Shown one piece after another: positions 42,604-55,660 of a stretch of 64,000 nt of DNA (its first letter is position 1; each line of letters begins with the position of its first letter). The notes beneath the pieces were generated by a model. The model saw only the letters and a list, made by a program, of their open reading frames with translations, searched no databases and was not told the DNA's origin. Source of the DNA: Mytilus edulis (Eukaryota); the NCBI RefSeq assembly GCF_963676685.1, contig NC_092352.1, forward strand, positions 17,050,001 through 17,114,000. The letters run 5' to 3'. Position numbers and translations under genes: made by a program.

Positions 42604-45141
42604 CAAATTTCCCTTTTGAGTTGAATTCGACCTATTGTGCAGTACTTCATATCTCCATCTAGCAAAAAGATTGTTCCATGAAGGACATTTAGCAAGAAAT
42701 TCTTAAATATTATATACATATAATAATAAAAGAAAAATCGAGTAATTTTGTCCAATTCTTAGTGTCAGCTAACATGGGTCACCCGTGTGAAAATGAATAG
42801 CTGCGACTCAGAGACCAGACGTGTACTTAAATAAGTCAGTATATTTGACACATTCGATTAAATGTCACATCGAATCAACTTCCTACATCTTATATATATA
42901 TATCATTGTTATAATCGACATCTTCAAAATGTTTGCAATTGATTTTACGACATGTGTTCGTTGACCTTCAGGCTTGACTCATACTGAATGCGACTGAAAG
43001 TAAGTTGAAACTTTGGGAAAAACAAAACTGACCAGAGCAATTATAAAAATATTATAAAAATTTGAAGAAATAAATCCATAATGGATTCAAAAACTGTTAT
43101 CCAAATGTTCATATACGATGGGTTTAAAGATTCCTGCTAGTATATATATTTACTGTTTACTTCTTGGTTAATTTATTGCTGAAATGGTATTCAAGAACTT
43201 TTTTGCTAAAATCTTCACTGGAAAATGAAGTGTTGTTACTCTCTCAACAAAAATATGGATTTCGGTTAGTTATACAGGAGATTTTAGAGTAAGATTTCGA
43301 CAATTGTAAATATTATACTTTTTGAGCTTATTGACTGAATTTCTTGATTGTTAAACTTTGTAATTATTGAGTCTAACACCCTCAGGTCATGGAAGTAATA
43401 ATACATCAATTAATATATCATAAACTCGTCCAAAGAAGAAATTACTTTCGAGATCATCAGCTCGAACTCGTAAGTATAAAGAATTAAAATAATAAAACGT
43501 ACTGAATAAACTAAAGGCACGTGCACCATTGTGTTGTTCATAAAAGTACATTTTATAATTGACAAAAATTACATAAATTCTAATCGGTTTTGCACCTTAT
43601 TTTGATTTTGCATATCCTAACCAACAGATGATGAAAATTCCTGTCTTTGAATTACTCTGTATTAAATACTAAGACCAATGTTGTTATAATGATATGATAG
43701 CTTGTACTTGTGCCACCGTTTAATGAGCTGTTTAATATCTTTACGATATGACAAATGCATCGATTTTATGATTTTATTCGATTAATTAGGTAAAAATAGC
43801 ATTGTTTTCTAATAAAATATCAAATATATATAAATGAAGCAAGGAATTTACAATGTACGTTAATATAATTAGAACTTGACTTATATAATAGTTAGGTTCT
43901 CAATTAAATTGTTTCGTATTTTTAATGTCGGGGTCTTTTATAGCCCAGTCGACTAAATGTTTTTGTTATCATTGTTGATGGTCGTACGGTTTCACCTTTG
44001 TAGGATAGTTGTTTCATTGACAATCATACCACATCTCCCGTTATTTTTATAGTACAGTATCATTTGTTTCAAGCTTAATAGTTAGTGTCCTTCGTACCAG
44101 AAAATTACAGATAATTGAAATATTCCGGAGATAAGAATCATCATAAATTGAATGTATTTAAGGAACCTGTTGAAGAGATATGTTAAGTGGTAGTGAAAGA
44201 ATTTTGATGTCAATAATTATGATGTAGCCATGTGAACTACTATTTCTTGTCATGAAATTACATTTTCGTCTTCTCATTAATTTACGTAAATTAAAGTATA
44301 TTACGTTTTTAGTAGTTTTTAATGTAATAATTTTTGGCATATGTCATGCATGTTCAAGATGGCTTGTTTAATATAGCTTTGTAACACTTTTGTCAAGGGG
44401 TTATATTATAGTACTTGTATTTTGTTTTTATAGTTTAATGTAATGTTCTTTTAATTATGAAGTAAATGTGATTGTCTAAACAATGTGTAGCTGTCTATTT
44501 TTTTTAGTCAGTTTTGGAAGAATTTGTTCTGTAATATTCTAAAATAAAATCTTCAAACTCTTCAAATTGCATGATTTGGAGTGAAAAGCGTGTGATATTA
44601 TATTACAGCCTAGTTTTGTGCTGTCGCAAGAATATGTTATAATCCACATATCTTTATCAAGTTATGTTTTATTTTCATGTATGGCTAACTCATTTTGAAT
44701 AAGCCCCATATAAATGTCCTCTCAAAGATTCAACTGTTTTTAAACATTACAGTCTGATGTACCGGTAGGTTAAATCTAGAAATTATCAAAATAACTTCAT
44801 AGTCCTTAATCATTCCGGTTAACAGATATATTAATATAACGATGCTGGGTCCTTGTATGTTTGGGTTCATTTATTTTTCACTTTGAGAATCAAAATTTTC
44901 TTTTTGATATCTTAAAACGAATAAGGAATACACGCAAATACATCGGACTGATTTGTTTTTAATTATAAGTTTTGTCAAAATCTGTAAAATATTTTTGAGC
45001 TTAAAGTCTATAACAATACACGAACAGTATTTTTAATGCAAAAAGTCATCGTGAATGTACAATTTACATCAATGGATGTTGACAACAGGCACTATACCCT
45101 AGATTGCACCAAAATTGATGACTATTGTTCAGAAAAGGTTA

Positions 45142-45687
45142 TTATCGCTATTTTGTGCATTTTTTTTTTATCTTTTTTTGTGATAATTTGTCTTATCGCT
45201 ATTTTGTGCATTTTTCTTTTGATCTTTTTTTGTGATAATTTTCATATCATGCTTCTCGCTGGAGATGGAAAAATTATCGCTAGAAACTAAGGAGGCCACG
45301 TGGCGTTGCTAACGAAATTGACATGAAATTGACAACGTCGTCATAGGTAAAATAGCGATAAACAGATTATCATTGTTCATCTCAACTCGATTGCTTTTCT
45401 CACTTTCGCTGTACCAGCTCAAGCGAGAAAATCAATCTCGTTGAGATGATCAACGATAATCTATAAATATCATGCTACTCGCTTAAGATGGAACATTATC
45501 GCTAGAAACTAAGAAGGCACGTGGCGTTGCTAATGAAATTGACATGAAATTGACAACGTCGTCATAGGTAAAATAGCGATAAACAGATTATCATTGGTCA
45601 TCTCAACTCGATTGCTTTTCTCGCTTTCGCCGTACCGGCTGAAGCGAGAATATCAATCTCGTTGAGACGAGTAACGATAATCTATAA
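45142..45687 (+). mobile_element. Non-autonomous element with subterminal inverted repeat and duplicated 3' hairpin module (Crypton- or Helentron-like, unresolved)
   Basis: Two 51-bp units starting ttatcgctatttt, then two ~223-bp units (45244, 45467). Each long unit carries aaaatagcgataa followed by a ~100-nt hairpin ending tataa. Confidence 0.7.
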
Positions 45688-45953
45688 TGTATATATATAA
45701 ACATAAATAAAATCCATAAACATATTACCATACATTCTTGTACGATTAAAAAATCGACCTGTCCAAGAAGTCGACTTCTATCTTGTTTTGTGTCGTGTAC
45801 ACGTATAATTTTTATTCGAGACTATTCTACCTGCGGATCTGGTTATAATTAAAATTTTGCGTGATTCTCCCCAACATCACAAAATTGAAATGCAACTTTA
45901 TACGGCATTCGTGATACACAAATGTTCGTTCTGCCAGTGGCTGTATACCACAG

Positions 45954-46106
45954 CAGGGGCGGATCCAGCCATTTTAAAAAGGGGGGGTTCCCAACCCAGA
46001 GTAAAGGGGGGGTTCCAACTATATGCTCCCATTCAAATGCATTGATCGGCAAAAAAAAGGGGGGGGGGTTCCAACCCCCGGAACCCCCCCTCTGGATCCG
46101 CGCCTG
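45954..46106. mobile_element. 153-bp MITE with 5-bp target duplication (hAT5-like)
   Basis: TIR CAGGGGCGGATCCAG / CTGGATCCGCGCCTG flanked by CACAG on both sides. Confidence 0.93.
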
Positions 46107-48259
46107 CACAGATGTTCATATATATATATGTGAAAGTTCAAATAGCATATAGTTGTTGTCTTATTGAAAATTTAAATATGTGTCTTATATTTTTAGATAA
46201 CTCTCATGTATATTTACTAAATTAAGGGTAAGTGACCATATTTTGGAAATTGAAAGGTGTAGATACAAAAATAAAAAAAAACTGAGAAGAACGTTTACGT
46301 CAACATTGTTGTCTTAATAAAATAGATGAAGAAGAACATTTTTTTATTTCCATGTACAAAAAATAAAGATTTGAGATTTGAATTTTTGCAGAAAGTTAGA
46401 AATATCTATTCCGATATAGATAATATGGATGATTTGGATAAATTTATGTCTTTTGTGTCCGTCAATTATGCAGTATGCTGCTCCATTTGTTAAAAAGTCA
46501 TGGTCACTGAGGAGGGTGGACTCAACAACTGCATGATAGATACATATATGTATATAATGTTTTGTTCTTTTGGTGTTTTTTTATGATGTATGCCTTCAAC
46601 CCCATTTCGGTAAAAATGTGCATTTATTTAATAAACATATAATCAATTTGAAGGGATTTGCGTTTAACAAATGTGGTTTATAGTAAAGTATATATGTATG
46701 CCAGATTTCACCCTAATATTATATACCAGACCTTAAATATCGTTAATGGAAAATTTCAGAGAAGGAAGACATCCATCATCGTATAATGTCGATAAAATTA
46801 TCAGATTATTCCAACTTATTAAATATATACAAAATTATATAGACACAACACATTTGTTATAGGTATAACCATGTGGTTTCATATGGTTTAGTGACCTTTC
46901 CCATTCATTTTGGTTTAATAGATTTAGTGTCTAATATCGCATTGAGGCCAATCGATTTTGGTCATGTAAAAATCGGACAAAAAAGAAATGTATCTATGCA
47001 TGTGCGTAGGTTAAGCTTGCATAGCAATGTTAATACAAATATATTACTTGTTCACATAACTTTATATATATTTTATTGTTAATGATTTATTTATTTATCC
47101 ATAAGACTAATGATTCATTGCGTTCTCCGTCCCCGATGTATCAAAGCTCACGTACCCCGACAGAAAGATCAGTTTAATGCATTATTTTATAAATGGTTGT
47201 CCGAACCTTTCCATATCTTATATAGTATACGACATAACGATTGCTAATGCGCCTTCATCGTTCATTTAAGCAATTGAAAAAGCTAGCATTTGATAGTCCC
47301 TGACAAAATGGTCTCTCCGAATGTATATGCAATGGTGTTCTTGTTTTGTCAAAATTTTATAACTGTTTTATATTCAGACTATATAGATAAGACTGAGAAT
47401 GAAAACACATGTAAGTATAACTTTAAAATAAACTGTATCCCTGAAAGATATATAGATCTAACATTACATGCATGCAATGATCAACAAGCAGTATCTACAA
47501 AAGGAAGACCTGCATATCTTTTTTACATTTTTATTTCATTCGCCATAATTTATTTTATGATCTTTACAGAACACGAACATTTTATAAATTTAACTCCTTC
47601 TTTGGAATCAAGAAAGATCAGTTATAAACCGCAACAACTCCCTTCAAACACCATTTGACGTCTTGCTTTATAAATATTGCCACTTTATTTTAAAATTACC
47701 GTCTACATTAGCATAACGAAACGTTTATATTATGAACACACATTTCAAATCGTCAGTTATAGCTGGAGAAAGCTGACCGTGCGAGACCCTCATGGGTAGT
47801 CAATGTCGTTTAACACATCCCATAATACATATGTATATGAATAGTTTACCCAAGGATTTGCCTGTCCCTTTATATATATATATGATATTGAAAACCACGG
47901 GGGTTTCCCCCTTACTTTTGGAATGCACATGCAAAGTTTCAAATTTCTTTATTTCAATATAATATGCAATAGTTTTTGAACTGTGATTTGACCAGATTGA
48001 AATGAATGTATCTTAAGATAATTACGTTTTAATCTTATTAAATCTTTGTATAACAATACCAATGGGTTTGTCACCGATATCAGTATGATGGAATTATCTT
48101 AATGAATATCTTTTAAGCCTTATGTCATATTATTTCCAAGATAGGAGCATGTGACACGGGGATCGAGAAATTTTAAATGTAGTTAAAATCTCTACAGTGT
48201 TACTTGTTTCATGTGCTCCAACTTTATATAAATGATTACAGCTTAAGCTACAGTCATCG

Positions 48260-48575
48260 CAAAGTGTGACAATACTCTCGACACGACTCCATTGCGTCAG
48301 TTAAGGGATCTACAGAGCTAATTTTAATTAGTAGTTTTGTGTACCAACTTTCAATAAAACTTGAATTGCCTACATTATATCAAGCTTAATGGCAAAGAAT
48401 AAATTGTGAAAGTACTTTCGACACGACTCCATTGTATCGTTTAAGAGCTCTACAGAGCTTATTCCAACTACATGTGTACTTACTCTCAATAAAACTTTAA
48501 TGCTATCTGCTTATGCTTCACTGCGGAGAATGAGGTGTGAAAGTACCTTCCATATATACGACTCTATATTGCATG
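48260..48575. repeat. Degenerate ~140-bp tandem repeat, about 2.3 units
   Basis: tcgacacgactccattg...ctacagagct at 48278 and 48418. Third partial unit near 48535. Confidence 0.8.
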
Positions 48576-50225
48576 AAATCACCTTAGTCCAGTATATCAT
48601 TAGTCAGATAATTATTATGGGCTTCTTGATGACAAGATAATTAAACATCAAAAACATTTTATACAATTTCACATTATCTTTATAAATGTACTACATAATT
48701 GATTTAACAATATTTTTAATCGTCAGCATCAAGGTTACTATAGATTTGTAAACAGAAAGTGGCATTGATTTTCTGTCTCGTTACCTGACAGTCTACGACA
48801 GGTGTATAAGATACTAATGTTCAAAGACAAGTCCAAAAGATAACGACATGACCGATAAAGTATCGTTTACCTAGCTACCAAGTCTATCGGACTCAAATCA
48901 CAGTTTAACTTTCTCATTTGATGCTTTGCAGATAAAATAAATTGATAACTTTAATTTCTATCTGCTTATTGATGTTCGTTTCGAATATTAACTAGTGAAG
49001 GACAGCAACGGAAATAAGATACGTTTGTAGTTCATGTCAAATGTTCACAAAAGGCATAACGTTTATTTTAAGTTAAATGTCCTTTAAAACATGAGAATGT
49101 TCATTTGCTTCAAAGCATGTTCTGAAAAAATCTTTTATGATTGATCCCGACTAATGCTTTCACTGAGATCATCCAGTTTAAATACGTAACCAAAATAAGA
49201 AAAAGTGAACGCTGATTCAATATAACAGTACGGGGGTTGCTATTAATAAATTTAATGGTGATCAAAGGGGAAATTTATGGTCCATTATTGTCACGTCTTT
49301 TCCAACCACAATCAATCCCTTTGTTTTCTGTGTTTGGTCATAGGAGAACATGAAGTTTTAAGAAGATCAATTCCGCTTAGCTATTTCGTAATCTTCAATC
49401 TTTCTTCGCAATAAAATGTTGCGTGAATGCACGTGCCCTTTTAATTGCTTTATAAATAACAATTTGAACAAATCCATATTATGGATAAGAATTCCCTTAT
49501 TACAGATTTCATGAAATTAATATGCTAATACAGTGGAATTTCATTTACATATTCACAATAAGAGACGTCTTTACAGTTGTTCTGCAAATAAAATCGACAT
49601 TTCATTTTTCATGCACGCGCTTTTGGCGTTAATCGTGACAAATGACGCAATAAAACCAAGATTTTATTCCAGACACCCGCATCACGAAATCTCCCATGAT
49701 TAGTTTCATCATAGAGCAATTATTAAAACCAAAACTAGTTGTATGGACAACAAACTAAGCGCGGCCTCTATTTAAAAACAAAAACGGTTAAATCAAAGAA
49801 AAGCAGAATGAACGGTGAATGTCTCGACAGAGAGATTTGTCTCCCCCACAAACATTTCAGGACACGTTGCAGATCAACACAGTTCACAAAAGAGGTTAGC
49901 TATAAGCGGTTCAATACATATGCCCTGGCCTTCAATACTTCCAAGTTGACGTAATATCTACTGCATCGGAATTAAGTAGAAAGAGCCTATAGTATGCATT
50001 CAATTTCAAAATATTTTCCTGTTATTATGATTTTTTGGCGGATATATACCATTCGAATTAAATAAAATTAAATATAAATCCAAAATTTAAGAAATGTCAA
50101 TACAATCATGGCAAGTCTATATATCATGCATTGCTAAGAGTTCCTTATGGATTCCTAGTAATTTGGATTTACGTTTAAGTAAGTTATCAAAAGAATATGA
50201 GAATTTAAGTCAAATTGGTGACCAT

Positions 50226-50351
50226 CAGGCGCGGGATCCGTCCATTTTGAGAAAGGGGTTGTCCAACCCCCGGAATACCATGAAGCATTTACGTAATACA
50301 AAAAAAAAAATTGAAAAGGGGGAGGTGTCCACCCACCTGGATTTGCCATTG
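50226..50351. mobile_element. Degenerate copy of the CAGG(G/C)GCGGATCC MITE family
   Basis: caggcgcgggatcc...ccatttt..aaggggttgtccaacccc...ctggatttgccattg. Target duplication decayed. Confidence 0.7.
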
Positions 50352-51041
50352 ATCGTGAATTTGAAAACTAATGCCCTACTAAAATTTCTTATTATATTGA
50401 TACTTAACCCCTAACGGGAGTGATCGTACTTGATTTTCATATGATGAAGACATAATCTTTTAATCAGTTTAATTGAAGTTTGGAGCTGGCATGTCAGTAA
50501 CTGCTAGTAGTCCGTTGTTCATTTATGTATCATTGTAGCTTTCCGACTGACAGTGTTCGATTGACCGTAGCCTTATTTTCAAAGTTCATTGACCGACATT
50601 TAGTTTAATATTACGGTGAAGCTTCTCGGTTAATTAAGATAATATGTCAACTTTATTTCATTTTAGGATGTACGTGTCGTCTGGCATTGAAATAATTTTA
50701 AAGTAAATTGATTTATACACGTTTTCAAGATGAGGTCAGTTTCCTATTTATTTGCTACAAGTAAAAGGTCAACTACAAACGGTATAAACAATTCAATATC
50801 TGTCTGTGAAGGTTTACCTGAAATTGACTTCATTCATTTGATGGTGTTTTGTTCAATAATTCGAATTACGCTTCGGTCAGTTTCCCAATTACTAAATGTC
50901 CTAGATCTAGAATCATTTTCATAACAGCGTGGACAAGACCATTTCTTGCCGCGCTCATGTTATCAATTGACTGGGTCAGATTAGGTGAACGTTCGTCTGT
51001 AAAGCCTACTTGTCATGTCGTACATGTCATAGACTTTTAAA

Positions 51042-51870
51042 AGAGGGACGAAAGATACCAAAGGGACAGTCAAACTCATAAAAGATCTAAAACATACTGA
51101 CAACGCCATGGCTAAAAATGAAAAAGACAAACAGAAAAACAATAGTACACATGACACAACATAGAAAACTAAATAATAAACAACACGAACCCCACCAAAA
51201 ACTAGTGGTGATCTCAGGTGCTCCGGAAGGGTAAGCAGATCCTGCTCCACATGTGGCACCCGTCGTGTTGCTTATGTGATTACAAATCCGGTAAATAGTC
51301 TAATTCGGTTGGTCACATTCATGAAAGGGAAGGGCATTGTAGTTACGACGTAAGGAACATATCCGATATCATTTGTGAAACGGTTATTCCATAACGGTCA
51401 ACCAACTCGTGATGGCGTCCGTAAAATTTACGAAGGGATGATTTCAACTTCACCATTCGGAACTCTTGGTTTAATAGCTTCCTTGTGAGCAGTAACCCTC
51501 TATCAAGAAAATCATGATAGGAAATGCAAGCACGGGAATATCGTATCAATTGGGAGATATACCCTGCTGGAATGTTGCTACTTAGAAATCGAAAGTTCAC
51601 AATTGGAAAGCTGAACTCATCTCTTTTGTCGAAAAGTTTTGTTTTCAACCGACCCTCATTGTCTATTTCTAGATGTAAGTCAAGATATGAAGCCGACTTA
51701 ACTGTATCTGTAGTATCCTTTATCTCCAATTCGATGGGATAGATCCGTTCAACATAGTCACCAAATTTTGAATTGTTTAGTGAAAGAACGTCATCTATAT
51801 AGCGGAAAGTAGAGTTAAAGGATATTGCTAACTTCTTATCTTTCTTCCTAAGAAGTTCCTGCATGAAGTC
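51042..51870 (-). mobile_element. 5'-truncated Penelope-like retroelement
   Basis: Encodes the RT C-terminal half plus a 300-bp tail also seen at 32800. tttaaa is present on both flanks (51036-51041, 51871-51876). Confidence 0.88.
51343..51864 (-). pseudogene. Reverse transcriptase C-terminal fragment (Penelope-like)
   Basis: FRYIDDVL catalytic motif, SASYLDLHL, KLFDKRDEF.FPIVNF and YISQLIRYSRAC. The ORF stops with no GIY-YIG domain after it. The N-terminus is lost. Confidence 0.88.
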
Positions 51871-52514
51871 TTTAAACTGTGGGTCGCCAAATGTTCTAAA
51901 TGCCTAAATCAAATAATACGAATAACTAGCAAAGGACTGAACCTTGTGTGTTGAGTTAAATGTTGAATACTTAAACTTCCTTTTTTCTTCTTATCGTGAA
52001 CCTGCATGTATTTTACTCTTTTATTCTATTTAAATCCACAATGGAAGGCCTCTGAACAAGCCGACTGAGTTGCCTTTAGCCGATGACAAACAGTTAAAGG
52101 TTAATGATTCAGTATTATAACCAACATAAGTATTGCGGTTGTCCACGCTGTTATGAAAATGATTCTATACCACATTTGATCTGTAAAGGTAATACACGAT
52201 AGGCAGTTTTGACTACCAAGGTTTTCTTGACCGTAACTCAGTTCTAACGTTTTTTTGTCAACATTTTTGTTTTATAAATTGTCCGAAACTACTATTGGTA
52301 TAGTGTGTTTGATCATAGATATAATAGCCAGATCTATGGCTATTATATCTATGGATTGACCAAATTTGGCCAACGAATCATTGTCATATGTGGAATACCT
52401 TCTGAATGATTGACCTGGATTCTTATTTTCATGTTTCATTTTTCAAGTTATGTTGATTTTTTCCAAAAGTTTTTGTTATGGGTATTGGCAAATCAGTATA
52501 CTCCAAATGATGTT

Positions 52515-54683
52515 ATTAACAGGGACATGGGCTGGAGACCACCTAGTTGTGGGAAGATATGTAAGAATGAGAAAGGACTTAAAAGATTCATCGCACAAAC
52601 ATGGGCTGTTCAGTGACACAAATTCTAGAAAGAGAACAGAAAAGTACGTGAAATTGCCAAACTGAGGAGAGAACAAGGCAACTTAACAAAGTGCTTCAAG
52701 AAAGCAGAGGTATACGAACAAAAGGCAATAAAAAGATAAAGATATGTCAACAGGGAAAGAACTCAAACGCTGAGGAAAGCAGAGAACCTCAAAAAGAACC
52801 GAAAGGAGCAAGAAAGAGATCACAATTTACAGCTAATTCAATGGCTTTGTAAAGAAACTTCTAGGAGATAAAAGATCAGGCCGGTTAAATTTCACAAAAG
52901 AAGAGGTTGAATAATATTTGAGAGATACTCATAATGATCCAGACAGAGAATAAGAGCTTGGAGACCACCACAGATTGGAAAGTCCAGATGAGCCAACAAT
53001 AAAGTTTGTTATGTCAGAACCAAAACTTCACGAAGTGATGTCAACTTTAAAAAATGCGATAGCATCATCAGCACCCGGACCAAACGGTATTCCATACATA
53101 GTTGATAATAACCGTCCAAACCGCGAAAAACAACTATGAAGACTGATCAAAGTTATACGGAGAAGATATCGGTTACCAGATGAGTGGTTAAAATCAGATG
53201 TTTTTTTTTATTCCAATGGAGGAAGATTCAAAAGACTTGAAACAATTTAGGACCATATCATTTCTAAACGTTGAGGGAAAGGTTTGGCTTGCAATCTTGG
53301 CAAAGCTGGTTACAACATATATGCTTGAGAACAAGTATATCAACACCTCAGTTCAGAAAGATGGGAGTACCAGGAGTACCAGGGTGCCTCGAACATACAA
53401 GCGTTTCAAAAAAGATTATCCAGGAAGCCAAAGAGAACAAAGGCGATTTGACTGTCCTGTAGTAAGACTTGACAAACGCTTACGGAAGTATACCACACGA
53501 ACTAGAAGACTTAATCTTGGAGAAATACCACATACCTGGTAAGGTAAGAAAAATGCTTTAGCACTAATTTAACAACTTTATAGTGAGTTTTACAGTTGCA
53601 GAATACACAACAGCGTGGCAAAGGCTAGAAGTGGGAATCGTTACAGGATGTACCATATCAGTTTTATTCTCAGCAGCAATGCATATGCGATTAAAATCAG
53701 CAGAGAAGATGAGCAGAGGACCTGGGGTCAGTCAGCCACAAACAAGAGCATTCATGGATGAAATGACAATAACAGCAAAGTCAATTCTGGAAGGCAAGTG
53801 GATGCTGCAAGATCGAGGTGAGATTGTACACAGGGCACGTATGAAGTCCAAGCCTTCAAAGTCAAGGAGCCTGATATTAAAAAAAGGAAAGGTGCAAGAC
53901 AGAACTATCAGAATTGGAGGAGAAATAATTCCAACAATCATAGAGAAAGCTTGGACAAGCCGTTCAGAGACTCCTTGAATGGACATTATTGACAAGTTTG
54001 GTTTACCTGGGAAGTGCAAAGGCGTGGTGCTATCATCATTGGATATTACCAAGGATCACATAATGATGTACGAAGTTGATTTTGTTCAGCAAAAAGTTCG
54101 TCGTGGGGAGGAAATTAATCGACAAGTAAGAGCCGTCAGTATGAAACAAGGGCAATATATGAAATGGGAAATGGCAAGACCAAGAAAGATCAGTTGGCAT
54201 GAGATGTGAAGAATGGACGGCCAGAAAATAAGCTTCTTACTAAGATCAGTACGACGTACTACCAACACCAACAAACCTTACAATGTGGAAACTGATTGAA
54301 GACCCTAGTTGTAAGTTGTGCGGTTAGCCAACAAACATATATCACGTTTTGTCGTCTTGCAGGACAGCTCTGAGAATGGTAGATTTACATGGCGCCATGA
54401 ACAAGTCCTTCAAAAAATATTAGCAGTCTTGGAAACACAGAGGAGGAAGAAGCCTAAGCTGGAGAAGGAGCCAAAGTTGATCAACTTCCTTAAAGGAGGT
54501 GGAGAGTCATCAGGAAACTCATACAGCAAAGCCAGTGGTATTCTAGCAACAGCAAATGACTAGGAGATGCAAGCCGACGTTGGGGGAAAGAACACCCTCC
54601 CAAAAGAGTATTTAACAACAACCCTCCGACCAGACATTGTGCTGTGGTCCATAATCAGCAGACAGGTCATTATTGTAGAGCTG
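52515..54683 (+). mobile_element. Decayed non-LTR retrotransposon with restriction-like endonuclease (Hero/R2-group-like)
   Basis: N-terminal zinc-finger remnant SCGKICKNEKGLK. RT motifs SAPGPNGIPY, QFRTISFLNVEGK, GVPGCLEH, LTNAYGSIPH, GIVTGCTIS and RAFMDEMT. C-terminal RFTWRHEQVL and TTLRPDIVLWS...VIIVEL. Many stops, frameshifts and deletions. Confidence 0.9.
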
Positions 54684-55660
54684 GGTAAACATTTACAATT
54701 AATTCTCCATAGGCGGTAATGGTAACGTTTTCCACCGTTGCTCAGTCCATATCGTTTACTTGAACATGTATGATGGCTCATATCGAAGCTGATACATTTA
54801 TACATGTCTGGTTAAATTTTCGGGGTGGCAAGTGAGATTGCTTTTTTCGCAAATGCTGGACCTCGGAAGATGGTGAAAAATGTCACTCTCCTCATGAAAT
54901 AATCCCAAAATTCTGATCATAAAATTCAATAAAAAAATTATCCTTTCTAATAATTTATTTCAGGTCAAATCTACATATTTCTTTTCTCATCACATCAGCT
55001 CTATAAAACAGTTCTTATTGTTAATTTATGTCCATTTTTTGGGCGCATGATCTTCTATGACAATTAATGCCTGATCAGTGATATTCAAGCCAACATATTT
55101 TAAAATTTAAACATGAAACAAATATGTAAGAGCTGGCGAATTTACAAATGACGCAATTTGAAGCCAAATCCGGAAAGAAATCAGATCTTTACAAGAATGA
55201 AATAATTTTTTAAATATAAGATGATTTTAAAATTTTACAACAGCCAATTTCAATAGAACAATATTTGTATTTATATTTTTTCATGTTAATACCGTAGTAA
55301 AAAGGAAACATGACTTTTTATCGACAGAAACCTCATTACGGGTTTCTGGACAACAAGGATTAAATCCTTCATAAAGTGTGCAGTCGATTATTTTCTTGAC
55401 CAATTTTAGCGTAAAGCCCATCATTGCTTTTTATGTTTTACTTATAAAATTTTCTTTCGCGATTTTCTGGATTTCCTCGCCTGATTTTTAACCCAGATGG
55501 TTGCTTTAAAACTATACATGATATGGAAGAAAGGTAAAGTTTGTTCAATAATTAATTACATAAAAGTAAGCTCATTATCTTGTATTTTTAAACAGCATGT
55601 GCATTTAGGGTTATAAATTCTAATCCCCAATTATGTAATCCTAATAAGAAAATCACAGTT

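Larger units (their letters stand above)
50908..52167. mobile_element. ~420-bp MITE interrupted by a Penelope-like insertion
   Basis: Perfect 29-bp inverted repeats tagaatcattttcataacagcgtggacaa (50908-50936) and ttgtccacgctgttatgaaaatgattcta (52139-52167). The outer TA may be the target duplication. Confidence 0.85.

Noticed and set aside
49260-50005. CpG-richer segment, possibly a Kolobok-type remnant or promoter
   Set aside because: No matching termini, target duplication or convincing protein motif could be established.
50981-51259. ORF MPHVEQDLLTLPEHL... with hydrophobic stretch
   Set aside because: It is a translation of the T-rich Penelope-like tail and is not kept in the copy at 32800.
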